Positions 61,098 to 64,000 of a DNA stretch of 64,000 bases are shown here, in pieces. The translations under genes were made by a program, and so were the position numbers. Position 1 is the stretch's first letter. Every line of letters starts with the position of its first letter. Location of the stretch: the NCBI GenBank assembly GCA_964016885.1, contig OZ024741.1:140988001-141052000 (forward strand), written 5' to 3'. The DNA comes from Eledone cirrhosa (Eukaryota). The notes below the pieces were generated by a model that ran no database searches, was not told the DNA's origin, and was given only the letters and a program-made list of their open reading frames with translations.

Positions 61098-63554
61098 CAA
61101 TTTTCTCTCTTTCTCTCTCTCTGGCTTCCTCAGTTTCCATCTTTCTTTCCCTATCTGTCTGATTTTGTGTTACTGTATCTTATGTCTATCTGTTTCCTTC
61201 TCTTCTTATTTAATTTCTCTCTCTCTAAGGTTTCTAACGATAACGTTTTTCTCTTTCGCTCTCTCTCTCTCATACGCACGCAAACACACACACACACACT
61301 CACAAATTCTGTCTCACCCACATGTATGGAAATATATCTCCTGATAAATATATAGAAATATCCATAATTATGTATGAATATATTTATTTCTCTCTATGTA
61401 TAAGTCACACATTTTGTTCACCATGTCTACATATATAGTAGCAATACAAAGATAATTTAAATTTCTGGCATTTATAATTAACTATAACTAAATAGCGGCC
61501 ATTGACTGACCATTTCATTTTTGTGCTGGTCAACATTAGGAAATTCGGCAGCCGTTTGCTTTGACCAAATCGGAGGTGGCTTATGCAGCGGGTGTCACTC
61601 GCTAGCTGTTTTTGGTGACAATATTAGCACTTTCTTCTCGGCGGGACGCAGTGAAGATATACAAACTACCCAAGGGTGTAGAATTTCTCCATTACTATGG
61701 CACATACTCCCACGACTAAGAGGCGCATGTAATTTCTAAAATGATGAAAAGAAGAAACAATTAATTTGAATTACACAATAATTAGGCAGAAGTACACATT
61801 ATATAATGCGTAAACTATTAGCCTGGTGATATATCTGTTTTACTTCTCAATGAATAAAGTCATGTATATATATATATATATATACGTCTGTGTGTGTGCG
61901 CGCACGGATGGGGGGTGTATCGTGTACTTGCTCTATCTTGATTATATACTTGTACAGGAATAATATTGGTATATATATAAGCGATTCCCAACTTGAGTGT
62001 CCATGAGAGTAGTACTGGGTTTCTATGACTTAAGTTCAAAATTCCAATTACACCGTTACGATCAATATATATACAGACGCTATTGCTGGTTTTCAGAGGT
62101 TAGTTTAATTCTTATCACGTGAAAAGCAACATACAGAGACCTCACTTACTTTGGCCTAACGCAACGGAAGCTGTGATTCAGAAAATGATTTAGCTTATAG
62201 ATGAATAAATGCAACACATACACTCCAGCAACAAGCCAGATATATGGTTAGAATACATTATACTATTATTCCATCGCTGTAATATATTCTAAAGCATGCT
62301 GTCATGCAAGAAATAGATGGTATGCAATCAATTGTCGTTCAATTTTATTACAGGTAATTGATTAATGTGTGAATAGTGAAAACCGATTGTAGCGACATAA
62401 CTGTGAGTCATGCATATCAGATCAATAGTTACAATCATCCATACAAGTATTGTACCATCCCTGAAATGTAGGAATCATTCAAAGCAAACTTTTACATTTA
62501 ATCATTAAGGAAGAAGCTTTTACTAAGAGCTATATTTGTTGCAAGTAACATAGCTTTCTCCATGCAAACAATCAGAAATATACAACGCATACTTATTTAA
62601 TGACGGGAAAAAATCCATATAAATATCAAATAATGACACACGATAATACGTTCATAATACTTAGTGTCGCACATATGTATTATAAAGCATCATGTTTATA
62701 TATTGGTTTGGTATTGCAGCATCTCAACTTCAACACCTTATTCGTTAATGAATAGTAAATAGCATATATGAAGGTGCGTAGCTTAATGGTTCGGGTGCTG
62801 GGCTCAAGGTTGTAAGGACATGGGTGGAAATAGTGGGTTACGTTGACATGTCGACGAGAAATGTTGCATCGGCCTTGATCAACATTAGTGTTGTGGAAAG
62901 GGGCAACTGGCTTGCATGGGCGACAGTTGTTTTACCACCAGATCATCTTCCACAGGCTTGCGATTCAGAGAGAATTTTTTCAGATGCAAACCCATGGACG
63001 GTCATGATGGAAAAGAGACTTAAATAGGGTGATCAAGAGATATGGTATTGTGTTAAATTATTGAAACCCGTTTCCTATCATTTTCAACACAGATATATAC
63101 ACATATGTTTCAAACGAGGAAATCGATTGTTTAAAAATTGATTTTTTTAAAATCACTTAATTATTATATTATTAGCTGTCAATCCAAATATGATATTGAA
63201 TTTCCTGGTTATCTCATTAATATTTCCATTTATATGAATGACTTTTCTTATTTATTTCCCTCCGGAGATACAGCGTACAATCACCTGCATTGAACATTGC
63301 ACAAATGAAACACTTGTTTATGCATTTAGCTGAATCATCGTAACTGTAAGAGCCATGTGATTGATATCATCAGGACTTTTTTTTATCTATTTACTGATTT
63401 CAGTTTCTAGATTGCGTTCACACTGGGGCAATGCCTGCAAGAAGTTTAGTCGATCGTATCCTCCCCAATACTAAATTTCATCGCTGGTACTCTTCTACCG
63501 TTTGGGTTTTTGTCGAATAACTGAATGATAGGACATAAACAAATTCAGACATGG

Positions 63555-63654
<100 letters not shown>

Positions 63655-63962
63655 TACACATAAACACAGTGAGCTGGGTCGATTCTAATACACTCTCTCT
63701 CCCTCCCTCTTTGGTTCTGTCATTTTATTTTGTGTATCCTCCTGTTTCTTGTTTTTCTCTTTTTCTTTCTTTCCTTCTGCATCCTCTCTCAGAAGAAGAA
63801 GAACAACAACAACAAGAAATATGTTGTTTTGAATGCCCAACGGTGTCCTTTCTATGAGTCCATTGTACAAGGAAGAATGGATGCATATAAATATTAGCCG
63901 TGTTGATGATACATAATGGTTCAAATCATTTATTCGAAAACAAAATCCTAATCATAAATGCA

Positions 63963-64000
63963 ACGGCTTGGCAGTATCGGTAGAAAGTCAGACAACACGC
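63963..64000 (+). mobile_element. Start of a SINE family A copy
   Basis: ttggcagtatcggtagaaagtcagac. Confidence 0.6.

Overview
This is an AT-rich, microsatellite-dense eukaryotic (animal) window with no host protein-coding gene I can support. The repeat content suggests a cephalopod such as Octopus, which is an inference. Recognisable retroelements are two tandem R4/Dong-type LINE copies (1-3045), a decayed APE-RT RTE LINE (3229-7150, minus), a near-complete GIY-YIG Penelope-like element with an inverted second arm (12822-18214), an inverted RTE fragment (36765-37376), three non-autonomous RTE-derived elements and many tRNA-derived SINEs of two families. DNA transposons are an internally deleted Tigger/pogo element carrying a nested fold-back MITE with telomeric repeats, and a mariner remnant. 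The strongest unexplained signal is a set of sequence-unrelated, non-coding, asymmetric fold-back elements in (TA)n tracts. Several carry minimal hammerhead ribozyme (HHR) motifs, including a U3-A8 covariant core inside a 600-bp retrozyme-like repeat. Most short ORFs in the track are microsatellite artefacts. Coordinates were read by eye and may be off by a few bases.
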